DNA from: Azolla caroliniana
Taxonomy: Eukaryota; Plantae; Polypodiophyta
Direction of reading: 5' to 3'
DNA length: 64,000 nucleotides
Assembly (NCBI GenBank): GCA_043228905.1
Contig: JBHGNT010000001.1
Span: 34,968,001 to 35,032,000, forward strand
The notes under the pieces are model-generated. The model worked only from the letters and a program-made list of their open reading frames with translations. It searched no databases and was not told the origin of the DNA. Shown here one piece after another: positions 13,376 through 24,305 of this stretch (its first letter is position 1; every line of letters begins with the position of its first letter). The position numbers were made by a program, and so were the translations under genes.

Positions 13376-13614
13376 AAGGTCAATACCTCATTTGACGTAT
13401 ATTGAATATGTGATGAGCGTCGTATGTGTGCGAGGTTAATACCTCAATTGCGTATTAATATTGAATATGTTACGTTTGTGTATGAGGTCAATACCTCGAT
13501 TTGTTGTAGATGATATGCGTTTGGTCTCGTATGCGTAAGAGATCAATACCTCAATTGTGTATTACGATTAACCCTTATTTTTGGATGTCTCATGTGCGTA
13601 GAGGTATATGCCTC
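13376..13614 (+). repeat. Five spaced palindromic motifs GAGGT-N4-ACCTC in the gypsy leader
   Basis: Copies start at 13376, 13432, 13484, 13539 and 13601 (period 52-62 bp). Confidence 0.8.
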
Positions 13615-14313
13615 GATTACGTATCTAGATTACGTCATTTTTGGCTATTAAATATAACGATTTCTTTAATATAGGCATATGTGGTCACGTGTATACGTAG
13701 TTGATCGTATATATGTGATGATATACATATGTGTATATAAGTTATTACGTGATTTTAAATCGAATGTTTTCCTTTTCAAGGAAAGCGTTGTCACCATCCC
13801 TTTTTTCAATAATTTTTTATTGTTGAAATCCCCGTTGGTGACTTCGATATTTCATTATGTAAAGAAACGCCTATAGCCATAATGATGTTGAGTACATAGG
13901 GCTTGGCCCACTTCATGTGAGGTCGCTCCTATGACACACATATCCAACATCCCTCCCTCATTACATGGATACGATGCCACCATGAGATCATTCTTACGAG
14001 AGGCACGTGGGCCTACTACGAAAAGAGGGCTCATTTGGCTTGACCATTAGGTTTCATTTTGGTGTATGCCATCGTAATTACGAGACTTGAGGTTAGGTAA
14101 CGTACCAACATAGTTGTAGTAAATGAGGGCGAAATAAGGACTCTTGACATATATGTTTCTTTTAAAAAAACATATATGGGCTCATGCCTCACATATCTCT
14201 TATAAGCATGTCACATTAAGCATTCAAAGAAGAGCGATCTACTTGGTTGGCTCAAGTGTTTAATGTATTTATTCTCGAGGTCTCGAGTTCAAATATGACC
14301 AAGACCATACAAC

Positions 14314-14433
14314 ATCGTTGATACATATGACTATAACACATGTTTAGACTTGAGGTCTAAGTGCACTTCGGGGATCGTTGATACATATGACTATAACACA
14401 TGTTTAGACTTGAGGTCTAAGTGCACTTCGGGG
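14314..14433. repeat. Exact 60-bp tandem duplication
   Basis: ATCGTTGATACATATG...GCACTTCGGG occurs twice (14314-14373, 14374-14433). Confidence 0.95.
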
Positions 14434-14803
14434 TCCTCGTAATAGGACTTAAAGAGCCGAAACCACATATGTGGGCACCGAAACATAGTTTATTGTTAAC
14501 ATTTTTTTCGTGTATAAACTATTCATGACCCGACCATACATGGTTGAGCCTCGAGGAGCCACCATGAAAAAAATCGATATAGAGATCAGGGAAAGACATT
14601 TATTTGTCACCCCCTTGGTTTTTAAAACACCTTTGTGTTACCATAGTAACCTGATCTTGAACCTCATCTCATACGTCTAGAGGGGTATTGATGTGAGATA
14701 ATGATATCGATTAATGTTCACCCATGATATGTTTACATCACGACATGATGTTAGGACTATCTCTCTGACCTTATCCTATTTCTTTTCCAGAAATAATCAT
14801 TTA

Positions 14804-17574
14804 ATGGCTCAAAATAACGACCCAATGTCATCCGCTCAAGCGGAAGGAACTCAAGGGAATCCTCCTGGACAAATGTCCATTGAGATGTATTTTTCGCAAA
14901 TAACCCAATACCTTAGTTTCACCGCTCAACAGATGACCGAACTTCGGCAATCTCAAAGTGCTCTCGAGGCACGTGTCATTAGTCTACAACGTGAGACTAA
15001 TAGACCTGATGAGCTAAAGGGTGAACCATTGTTTGTCGTTAAGCCATTTACGGGAGAAAAAAAGGAAAGAACTGAAGAAGCAATCTGCATGTGGTTGGGC
15101 CGATGGGAGTCTCATTTTGAGCTCTATCCCATGCCAAATAGTACGAAGATTGCATATATCGGCCGAGAACTAGGGGGTAAGGCTCTTGCCTGGTGGTGTG
15201 GGCTCCGTACTTTGGGGAAATTGCCTGATACCTGGACAAATTTTGTCATAGTTTTCAAGGGCCAATTTCTGCAACCTCCCTCTTGAACTGAGGCAACACA
15301 AGCTTTAATGAACCTCTCTAGCAGGAAGTTTTCCTCGCTAGAAGACTATGTCCACCATGCTAGAACCCAAATCCAAAAATCGGGTCTAGAAGGGGACAAC
15401 TGGTTAATAGCTTGTTTTGTCAATGGCATCCCCAATTCGGACTATCATTGGATAGTGCACGATAAGGATCCAAAATCCTTCGAAGAGTCTGTTGAAATAG
15501 TTCTTCACTATCCACGCACTTCGAAGAAGGACCACAACAAACCAACGAAGCGCCTGAGACTAAGCAGTCGCAATTCATTGGGAAATGCAAGACACCCAAC
15601 GAATTTGTGGATCGCGATTGTAAGCCACAACATCCTTTTTGCGTATTCTACAAAAAGAAGGGTCATACAAAAGAGCAATGTCGAAAGCTCCAACAGAAAG
15701 AGCACGACAACAAAGCTAAAGCTGCAGACCATAAAGGTGAGATTCCTAACGTCCTTAAGGTCTATACACATCATTTAAGTAATTGCCAATGTTCTTTCCC
15801 TCACTTTGTATTGGGTCCCAATGATTTACTACGTGCAAACGGGTATATCAATGGATCTCCCGTACAATTTTTATTTGATTTGGGAAGCTCACACAACTTT
15901 GTCAATGATTGTTTGGTTCAGATATGGGGAATCCAACCCACCGTAAGTGATCACACCTACACGGTGCACTTGGCTGATGGAAGAGTACAATACATCAATG
16001 GGGCGATTCATTCATTAGGAATTTCTATTGACACTTATATAGAGGAAGTAGACTTCCATGTAATGAATCTTTGTACCACCGATGTAATACTAGGTTATCC
16101 CTGGTTTTATAATAAAAACTCTTCTTTATCTATTGATTGGGTTCATCATTCAATTACATTTGTACTGAATGATTGTACTCATTTTATTCAATGTGTAAAA
16201 AAACAATCCCTCTCGATTGTTTCCTTGTCTTGTTCTACTCTATTTTATTGTGTACTTGATCCGGACATTCACGTTTACAATATCGATAATGTCTCAGTTC
16301 AATTAACATATTTTGAACAACAACAACTTGATGAAATCTTAAATGATTTTCGTGATGTTTTTCCGAGTGAACTACCAGGTGGTTTACCTCCTAAACGTAA
16401 TATACACCATCGTATAGATATTGTACTTGGTGTTGCACCAATAAGTATACCTCCTTATCGCTTAAGTCGATCCGAAGAGGATGAGGTATCTAAGCAACTC
16501 AAGGACTATTTACGAATGGGTTATATGCGTTATAGTAAATCTCCATGGGGTGCACCAGTTCTCTTGGTTAAAAAGAAAGAGGGCACATGGCGTATGTGTA
16601 TTAATTACCGACGCTTGAATAAAGTGACGATCAAGAATTCGTATCCATTCCCCCGAGCTGACTATCTAATTGACCGTCTCCAGGGAGCTCGGTATTTTAC
16701 GAAACTTGATCTTCGTATTGGCTACCATCAAATTCGTATAAGTGAGGACGATGTTTCTAAAACGGCATTTCGTACGCGCTATGGCCATTATGAGTTTTTG
16801 GTTATGCCTTTTGGTTTGACCAATGCTCTGGCTACATTTCAACAAGAAATGAATGACATTTTCCGAGAACAACTTGGAAAATTTGTCGTTATTTTCTTGG
16901 ATGATATTTTAGTTTATAACCGTACATTACAAGAATATGCTAAACATGTCTGCTTTGTTTTACAAACATTGCGTGACAAACAGTTTTACGCGAAGATCTC
17001 AAAATGTAAGTTCTTCAAGAAATCAATTACTTATCTTGGACATCTCATAACCGAACGAGGAGTTGAAATTGATCCTTCTCGCATCGAGAAAATCAAGCTT
17101 TGGCCCACTCTTCGGAATATTCGAGAATTTTGATCATTCCTTGGTTTTGTCGGGTTTTTGCAAAAATCCCTTCGTAATTACTCCCAATTGACGACGCCGT
17201 TTACTGATCTTTTAAAAGGTCAAACGCACAAGTCTACAAAACCTATTGTCTGGAATGCTACAGTAGACCTCGCCTTTAAGGAACTCAAGGACCTGGTATG
17301 CAAGGCTCCTTCACTTCTTTTACCCGATCCTTCAAAACCTTTTGAGGTTGAAACCGATGCAAGCAATTATGCTATAGGTGCTGTCTTATATCAAGATGGT
17401 AAACCAATAGCATTCGAGAGTAAGAAATTTGATTCTGGTCAATGTCGGTATACCGTTCAAGAAAAGGAGTTATTTGCAGTTATACATGCACTCAAAACTA
17501 ACTTCCCTAACTTTCCATTGCAAAAATGCAATGTTTTAAAGAGGGGGGAGTATGTTACGGGCATGACCATCTAA
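14804..17574 (+). pseudogene. Gypsy gag-pol remnant (gag, zinc knuckle, protease, RT, N-terminal RNase H)
   Basis: FTGEK...WL...LGGKALAWW gag; [14 protein letters not shown]; [10 protein letters not shown] protease (mutated DSG); [45 protein letters not shown]; ETDASNYAIGAVL RNase H. In-frame TGA at 15284 and 17131; frameshift near 15580. Confidence 0.93.
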
Positions 17575-18009
17575 TATCCCGTGGTCAGAATTTACCGTAG
17601 TATTCTATACATGTGGATAAGTGTGAGGGTTAAACAAGAGTGTAAAGAAGGGGAGGATTACTTTTAAATCCTCGGGGTTGAGACAACCCATTAGGCCAAG
17701 TGTGAACATGGCTGGGGGCCTTGGGTATCGCTATAAATAAAGGCCTAGCTACCCTCATTTCATCATCTTGTTGACTACGTCGAGACTCTGTCTTGTGGTG
17801 GGTCAACTCTTGTAGCGAGCGCGCCAGCACCAAGTACAACTGGACGCCACGGCGGTGGTATGGGATGCCGATCGAGGCTCGAGTCCATCTCGATCTCTTC
17901 GCTCGGGGGTGGTCGGGTGGATCGACACCCTTCTTTCTCTCTCTCCTTTCTATCTATTCATCTATATTCTATCCTTATCTAATGCTTACATTAGTCTATG
18001 TCTCTAATA
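17553..18009 (+). repeat. Gypsy 3' LTR (457 bp)
   Basis: About 20 substitutions and one 6-bp indel relative to the 5' LTR, counted by eye. Confidence 0.95.
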
Positions 18010-18129
18010 CAAGATATGAAGGAAGTGTTTCAATAACAAGCAAAGTGGTGTGTGCATTTTATCATGTTTGGATACTCATAGGGATGGAAGTGATCATCAA
18101 GAAATATTGTCTCCCATTCTTTAATGATC

Positions 18130-18500
18130 TCTAGTGTTTGCTTCTAGATTTTTTAATGCTATGATGAGTAGCTTAACCTAGAGATGGATAATTTGCCAAG
18201 TAAACATAACAATACTTGAAGATATTCCATCAAGAGCTAGATATAAGAAGGACGAAGAAATGTACCCTGGAAATGAGGGTTTGGACTTAGAATTCTTCAT
18301 GTCTTCCCATACACCTGTGCTTACTATTTTTTGAGAAGATGAATAGGAAGGAGAATGTCATACTTTGGGAATAGGTTGAATATGCCACTACATGTGGTTT
18401 GGAAAAAGGAAGAGCAATAAGCATTGATATTTTAGTTTCATGGTATGGGCCACAATTTTAAACCTAGGAAAGGCATTGGCATCTAGAATACGCAGGGCTT
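18130..18500 (+). mobile_element. Short LINE RT remnant
   Basis: PGNEGLDLEFF (~18265-18300) resembles the L1 PGPDG..EFF motif; KALASRI follows at ~18470. Highly decayed. Confidence 0.45.
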
Positions 18501-18537
18501 TTTTTTTTTTTCCTTCAAAGATTTTCCTCATTAGTAT

Positions 18538-19510
18538 TGTGGTGTGCATGTGTTCCTTTGTGCCACCCTTTTAGCTCACCCTTTTTAGGATGCGTGTGCC
18601 CAAAATGACCCACCCTTTTAGCACACCCTTTTTAGCCAAGCCAACCCAAATGGGTTCCGTTGTATCAACTATAAATTGATTAAGAAGTAAGAAGCTAAGT
18701 AGACTGGTTTTGATCTCTTATGTGCATTTCACATATTGGTGGAGATGACGGGGTACCAGTCCCCCACATCCAAGCATCCGCCTCTTCCGCTTCGTAGGTA
18801 GCATCGCCCTCACCACCATCACCGACACTCTTGTTAGTCTCTTGTAGTAGTATCTCTTCTATTAGCACCGCCTTAGTTCACTAGTTAGGCCTCCCGATAT
18901 CCACCGCTTCATCATCAACATCGCTTCATTGTCTCTATTTTTTAGTTTCTTTCGTGTTCGTGTTCGTGTTCTAGTTCCTGGTGAGGGTCGCATGGTCGCT
19001 CATGCCCGTTCGTGTTTGAGTTCTCGATGAGGGCCGCACATGGCCGGCCGCTCACTCCAACTATTGTTCGTGTTCCAGATCCCGGTGAGGACCAACATGG
19101 TCGCTCATGCCCGTTGTTGTTCATGTTCCAGTTCCCGGTGAGGGCCACATGGTCACTCACTCGTTCGTGTTCCAATTCTCGGTGAGGACAACATGGTTGC
19201 TCACGCCCGTTGGTGTTCGTGTTCCAACTCTCAGCGAGGACCGTTCCAGTTCCCGGCAAGGACCACACATGGTCACTCATGCCCCTCAATCTCTTGTTTC
19301 TCGCAGGGGGGAAATGTGGTGTGCATGTGTTCCTTTGTGCCACCCTTTTAGCTCACCCTTTTTAGGATGCGTGTGCCCAAAATGACCCTCCCTTTTAGCA
19401 CACCCTTTTTAGCCAAGCCAACCCAAATGGGTTCCGTTGTATCAACTATAAATTGATTAAGAAGTAAGAAGCTAAGTAGACTGGTTTTGATCTCTTATGT
19501 GCATTTCACA
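18538..19510 (+). mobile_element. Small non-autonomous LTR element (TRIM-like), copy 1
   Basis: 196-bp TG...CA LTRs (18538-18733, 19315-19510) differing at one site; PBS TGGTGGAGATG; PPT AGGGGGGAAA; 4-bp TSD GTAT; internal array of ~7 units of 44-56 bp. Confidence 0.95.
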
Positions 19511-20579
19511 GTATTAAGAAAAACATGTGAATGCTATAGCTTAAGCATATGTACCCAAAAGCTTACAAATTTCATGTACAATGATATACGATAATCCTAA
19601 GACCAAAGCTAGAACTTTGTAAAAGGTTTTTTTCCTTTTTCTCTTTTTGCATTCTATCGTGCTTCACTGTTAATCAAGAAAGGGTCCAAGGAAGTTGATA
19701 GTTCCATTGAGGCCCTTGAGTTGACTCGAAGAATAGGGTAACTTTTTCCATAAGTGAAGGAGCTTCTTCTTTCTCTTGTTCACAATCTCTAGTGAACCCT
19801 GCATGTTGTCATACTAGTTGCGGACTACTGCCACCAAGTTCTCCCATATCTCACGCAAGACATCTGAGAGACACTGATATGTCGCATCATAACGTCGGTT
19901 GCATCAACATTTCCATAATGCCCATAACGTTGTCGCGAAGATTCGCGTGTGCGTGTGCTACTCAACCGACCACTGGGATCTTGGATTGGGGAGGACGTTC
20001 GCAGAATTATCAAAGAGATGACGATCAACGTAAGATTGGATGAAATTTGTTCACTTGAGAAGAAGAAAGATTGTACACTTGAGAAGTAGAAAAATATGAA
20101 GAAGATAAAGATGAATATAATTATATTTATGATAGTGGTGTTGGTGATATCACATATTGAGCCCCCCCTTACACAAGCCTTACTAGAGGCTTTTATAGGT
20201 CTCTCCATGCTTGTGACATGCACAAAACCATGGGCTAAAACCATGGTTTTGTGCACATGGTTTTGCTTATGACAGGCACAAAACCATGGGCTAAAACCCA
20301 TGATTTTGTGTACACGGTTTTGACTGTTTGCTACCTACGAGATACTGAATATGAAAAGAAAATATACAAAATGTAAAGCATGTAGTAGTAGCTTTAGTGG
20401 TATGATAATTGCTTCTTATCTTAGACATGCAATGTTCAAATCCTACTTGCAACCCTCAAAATGCACTCAGTGCCATCATGTCCTAGGTTTATTTATTATT
20501 ATTTTCATTTTTAGAAGTATTTGTGTAATGTGCATGTATCCTCAATTTTTCACTTTTTCTTGCATTAAACACGCCACAT

Positions 20580-20900
20580 CACGACAACGTTATTGTAGTC
20601 ATTGTTTTCCATATCTGGGCAGATCGCACCTGCTTTCGAGGTTGTTGAAAGGGGCTGACCAATATCAATCTTCTACTATGTACCATCATTGCCTCTTGAA
20701 CATCGATTGCCTCATACAACATCAAACTGGAATGTAACACTCCCCACATTGCTGATCCCCATGAAAATAAGCAACCAACATTCATTGTTAAAAATAATGA
20801 AAGAACTTTATTCCATACTTGTTGAGCCAAGGAACATGACCAAAGGGCATGCTTGGTAGTCTCTTGCGCTTCGTGGCAAAAGTCACATTGTCAAAGATTA
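20580..20900 (-). mobile_element. LINE ORF2 C-terminal fragment
   Basis: CDFCHEAQETTKHALWSCSLAQQVW reads as a zf-RVT-like motif, followed by FSWGSAMWG. Confidence 0.6.
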
Positions 20901-21699
20901 GGTGTTACATCTTTTAATGAGTGACCAACTGGTAAGGCCATATGCACTAATAGCCATCTGAAGAGAGAAAATTTCGTTGGCCCCTTGAATGACCAAATCC
21001 ATTTCCAGTAGGTTTTCAAATGCAAAGTTGAGACCCCCCAAGTGGTCCAATGTTTCTGAGTTGCACCTCTTAGGTGAAACTACCTTGATAGCCACCAATG
21101 TGTCACTTATGAAGCATCCAAACCACATATGTTCCTTGGTGGGTTGAAAGGTTGTAGAAAACAAAGAATATGTTGTTGATATACTAGTGGTCATTATCTT
21201 GGCACCATGAACTGATTGTAATTGTGCAAGACGATCTTCTTGTGACATGATATTCACTCTAATGTGCTCCACAAACTGTCGAGACTCATGGGTAGAAGAT
21301 AGAGTGAGAGCGAAAGAGAGAGGGTATGTGTGTGTGTGTGCGTGAGAGAGAGAGAGTGAGAGAGATAAGACTTGAAATAGAAATGAGATTATATTATGAT
21401 GAAACAAGATTACAATGAGTAGGCTAAGGGCTAAAGACTGGTGTTGAACCGAATGAGTTGAAACGAATGTATAGACAGTTATTTATAGGTCCTTGTGGAG
21501 TAATCTAGAATGTTCTAGAATATTTTAGATTTTATGATAAGAAATATAATCATGATATATTAAAGGATGTTCTAGAATGTTCTAGAATATTCTAATATCT
21601 TGTAATAACTAGAAACATAATTATTATAATCACACAACATGTATGTTATTACAATGGTTAAGGGTTCAACACATAGACCAAGAAGTCATGGGTTCAATT

Positions 21700-22400
21700 C
21701 TTGATTACCAAAATGTTGTTTTCATGACACAAACAAGGGTTGTGCTCGACAATCTATTGGTAGTGCACTATAAATTGATGGTTGGATGTTATTTAATGCC
21801 CATAGTTTTTTGGCACTTGAAGAACCTAGTGCTGGCAAGAGAAAACCTCACAAACAAGGTGGTTGGTATAACACTAAGGAATAAAATGACAAGAATGTTG
21901 TGCATATTCTTGTTTGAAGATGTGGTCTACAAGTATGGGTTGTCAAGAAAATTATAGTGGATAGTGGTGAGCTACATAATAGTGAAGGAATGGAAATTTT
22001 ATCATAAATGAGAGTTGCATTGGTACTAAAATTAACAATAACAAGGCAATATAGAAATTGTACATAATAGTTTCCACTCCACAAGTATATATCATAAAAA
22101 AGGACCAAGTATAAGTGATGGCATTTGACAAGATAAGGCTAATTATAATCCATGAAAACAACTCTCAACCTTTGCCAACAACACCTTTCATACGACAAGC
22201 TAGGCTACCATCCAAAAAAAGGGGATAGAATCAGGGACCATACTATCAATCTCCAACATGTGAAAACAGTTAATGATACATCGAAATAACCATGTTCTAT
22301 AACTCTATCACCATTACATTCCATGAGCCCATATCTGTAGTACGAAGCATCTGAAACACATCTTCAATTGCCCCTTGTTAGGGCCTCTAAAAAACTTCAT
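21700..22400 (-). mobile_element. Highly decayed copia RT remnant
   Basis: Minus-strand pieces in RT order resembling RLVAKG, IRLILSIA..Y.W and DPCL (seen as LLAKG, ISLILSNAITYTW, HNPCL). Frames are broken. Confidence 0.4.
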
Positions 22401-24305
22401 GTTGCATATACTAAAGTTCTTCATTATAACCTTACTCAACATATAGACAAATTCCTGCGGTTCAAGAGAATACATATCTTGTTGGTAATCATACTCAACA
22501 TACCCTGGTTGTCCACTAGTTGTTGCTATTTGGCAAGTGTTTTTTACGTCACGATCTTCTTCAGTTGCTACAGTTGAAGGCCTGAAAACAATCCGTGATG
22601 CACATGCCGCTTGGGGTAAAATGTGATGGGCCGCCTTGGATAGCCCCCAAAAATGAGAGTTACATTGTCACTCACCACAACTAATAGCCTTGAAGTGAAT
22701 GGAAAGTTGGAGTGCAATGAAAGAATAAAAGGGTGGTCACAATTGTTCCCTATGTCTTATGGGCGGACAAAACCACACATAGCACATTGACCATATTTAT
22801 GCCACTAGAGACAATTAATATATTCAAGACTATTATGCCTAGTATTGAACATTTGATGTCATAATGTATTATAATGTTGTGGCATTAAGAGATGAGTAGT
22901 TGATAACTAATGGAAAAACGAATTTGATACCGAGAAAGAATATATGATGATTTGGGGCTCGCTATTGAGTGATTATGAGAGGCGACATTTTGCTTCTCCC
23001 TAAGAAGATAAAAGGAGTTTTTGTCACCCATGGGAAAAGGATTAAGGGAATGAGAAAGATAGAATATTCACTAAAGTCAAGAGAGCTAGGAACAAAAGTT
23101 GACCGAATAGAGAAATCTCTCATGGTTTAAAAACTTCGTGATTCTACCACACTTTCACAGACATCAAGAGAGCTAGGAACAAAAGTTGACCGAATAGAGA
23201 AATCTCTCATGCCATTATTTGGATCCTAGTGGGTGTGTCATGAACTATTGTCTAAATCACTTAGTGCGTTGCCGTGAAGATCCGTCACTACGTGCAGATC
23301 GTGAGGCGGAACCGCCGGGGTTCTAGATCCGAAGGATTCGAAGTTTGCACAAGCTTTAGCGAGAAAGTATTCAAGATAGATTGAAAGAGAGAGAGAGCTT
23401 GAGATAGAATAGAATGCTTGACTTTAGATTGAGAGAGATTAAGATTGAACTCTTGACTTTAGATTTGAAGAACAAGATTGATACATCAATTAGATAACGA
23501 ATTTCTTACTTTTTAATTTCTTGATTAATACAACGCCCCCCTTTGATATTTTTCATCCACCCTTTTATAGATGTTCCCATGCATATGATGCATGTGAGGG
23601 TACAAGACATGCATACAATGCATGGAATGCATGTGATGCATGTTTGCCATTTGGCGCTCATGCATCACATGTCACTCAATCAAGCCTATTGCTTCCTATC
23701 TTGGAGGTGCACAAAATATTATTCTATTTCTTGCTTACATCTATTTCTTTTATGCACAAAATACTATTAGGCTTTTGGACCAAATATCTTTAAGACACCA
23801 TGCACCGCGATCAACCGACCCGACCGATCCGTCCAATTTGCATACATTTGGTTCGGCCCAGTCTACATTGCAATTCAGTTCGGTCCGCATCTCGAGTCGC
23901 TTGCGGCTCACCGTCTCCGTCGTCGGATGCCACTAGTTTTGGTTGGCCAAAACCACTCATCCAATTTTGAACTCTCTATGCTCCACACATAAACACAAAC
24001 ATAATAGCTTTTGCTTTACCTTATATATGGTGAGATCCTTATTTGTCCTATCTATGTTGGATATCTCACAGTTTTATCTTTCTCTTTTCCTTTGCGAATT
24101 TCCTACCCATATAACTTGAGACTTAGATGTCCATTTCTTATGTAGTAAAGTGCATTCGAAAGCTCTTGAAGACCTCCATCTTTTTGTACTAAGATATTAA
24201 ACTGATTTAAAATAGTATTTTCACTATTATTGTTTTATATGATTCATACTCGATTTCGTATGTTTTATACAATTTTCACACCATTGCCGAAAATCTTCAC
24301 GACAA

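Larger units (their letters stand above)
12659..18009 (+). mobile_element. Ty3/gypsy LTR retrotransposon (chromovirus-like), internally deleted, no integrase
   Basis: LTRs 12659-13121 and 17553-18009 (TG...TA); TSD CAAGA at 12654-12658 and 18010-18014; PBS TGGTATCAGAGC at 13124-13135; PPT AAAGAGGGGGGAG at 17538-17550; gag-PR-RT-partial RH. Confidence 0.95.

Noticed and set aside
13376-13614. CRISPR-like repeat-spacer appearance
   Set aside because: Eukaryotic retrotransposon leader, 14-bp degenerate repeats, spacers related to each other, no cas genes.
20900-21640. Possible copia LTR and gag start on the minus strand
   Set aside because: LTR-like TCTAGAA repeats and a weak gag-like peptide, but no definable ends, PBS or TSD.
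21645-21710. tRNA/SINE-like A- and B-box pattern (CAATGGTTAAG...GGGTTCAATTC)
   Set aside because: No cloverleaf, tail or TSD visible; too degenerate to call.
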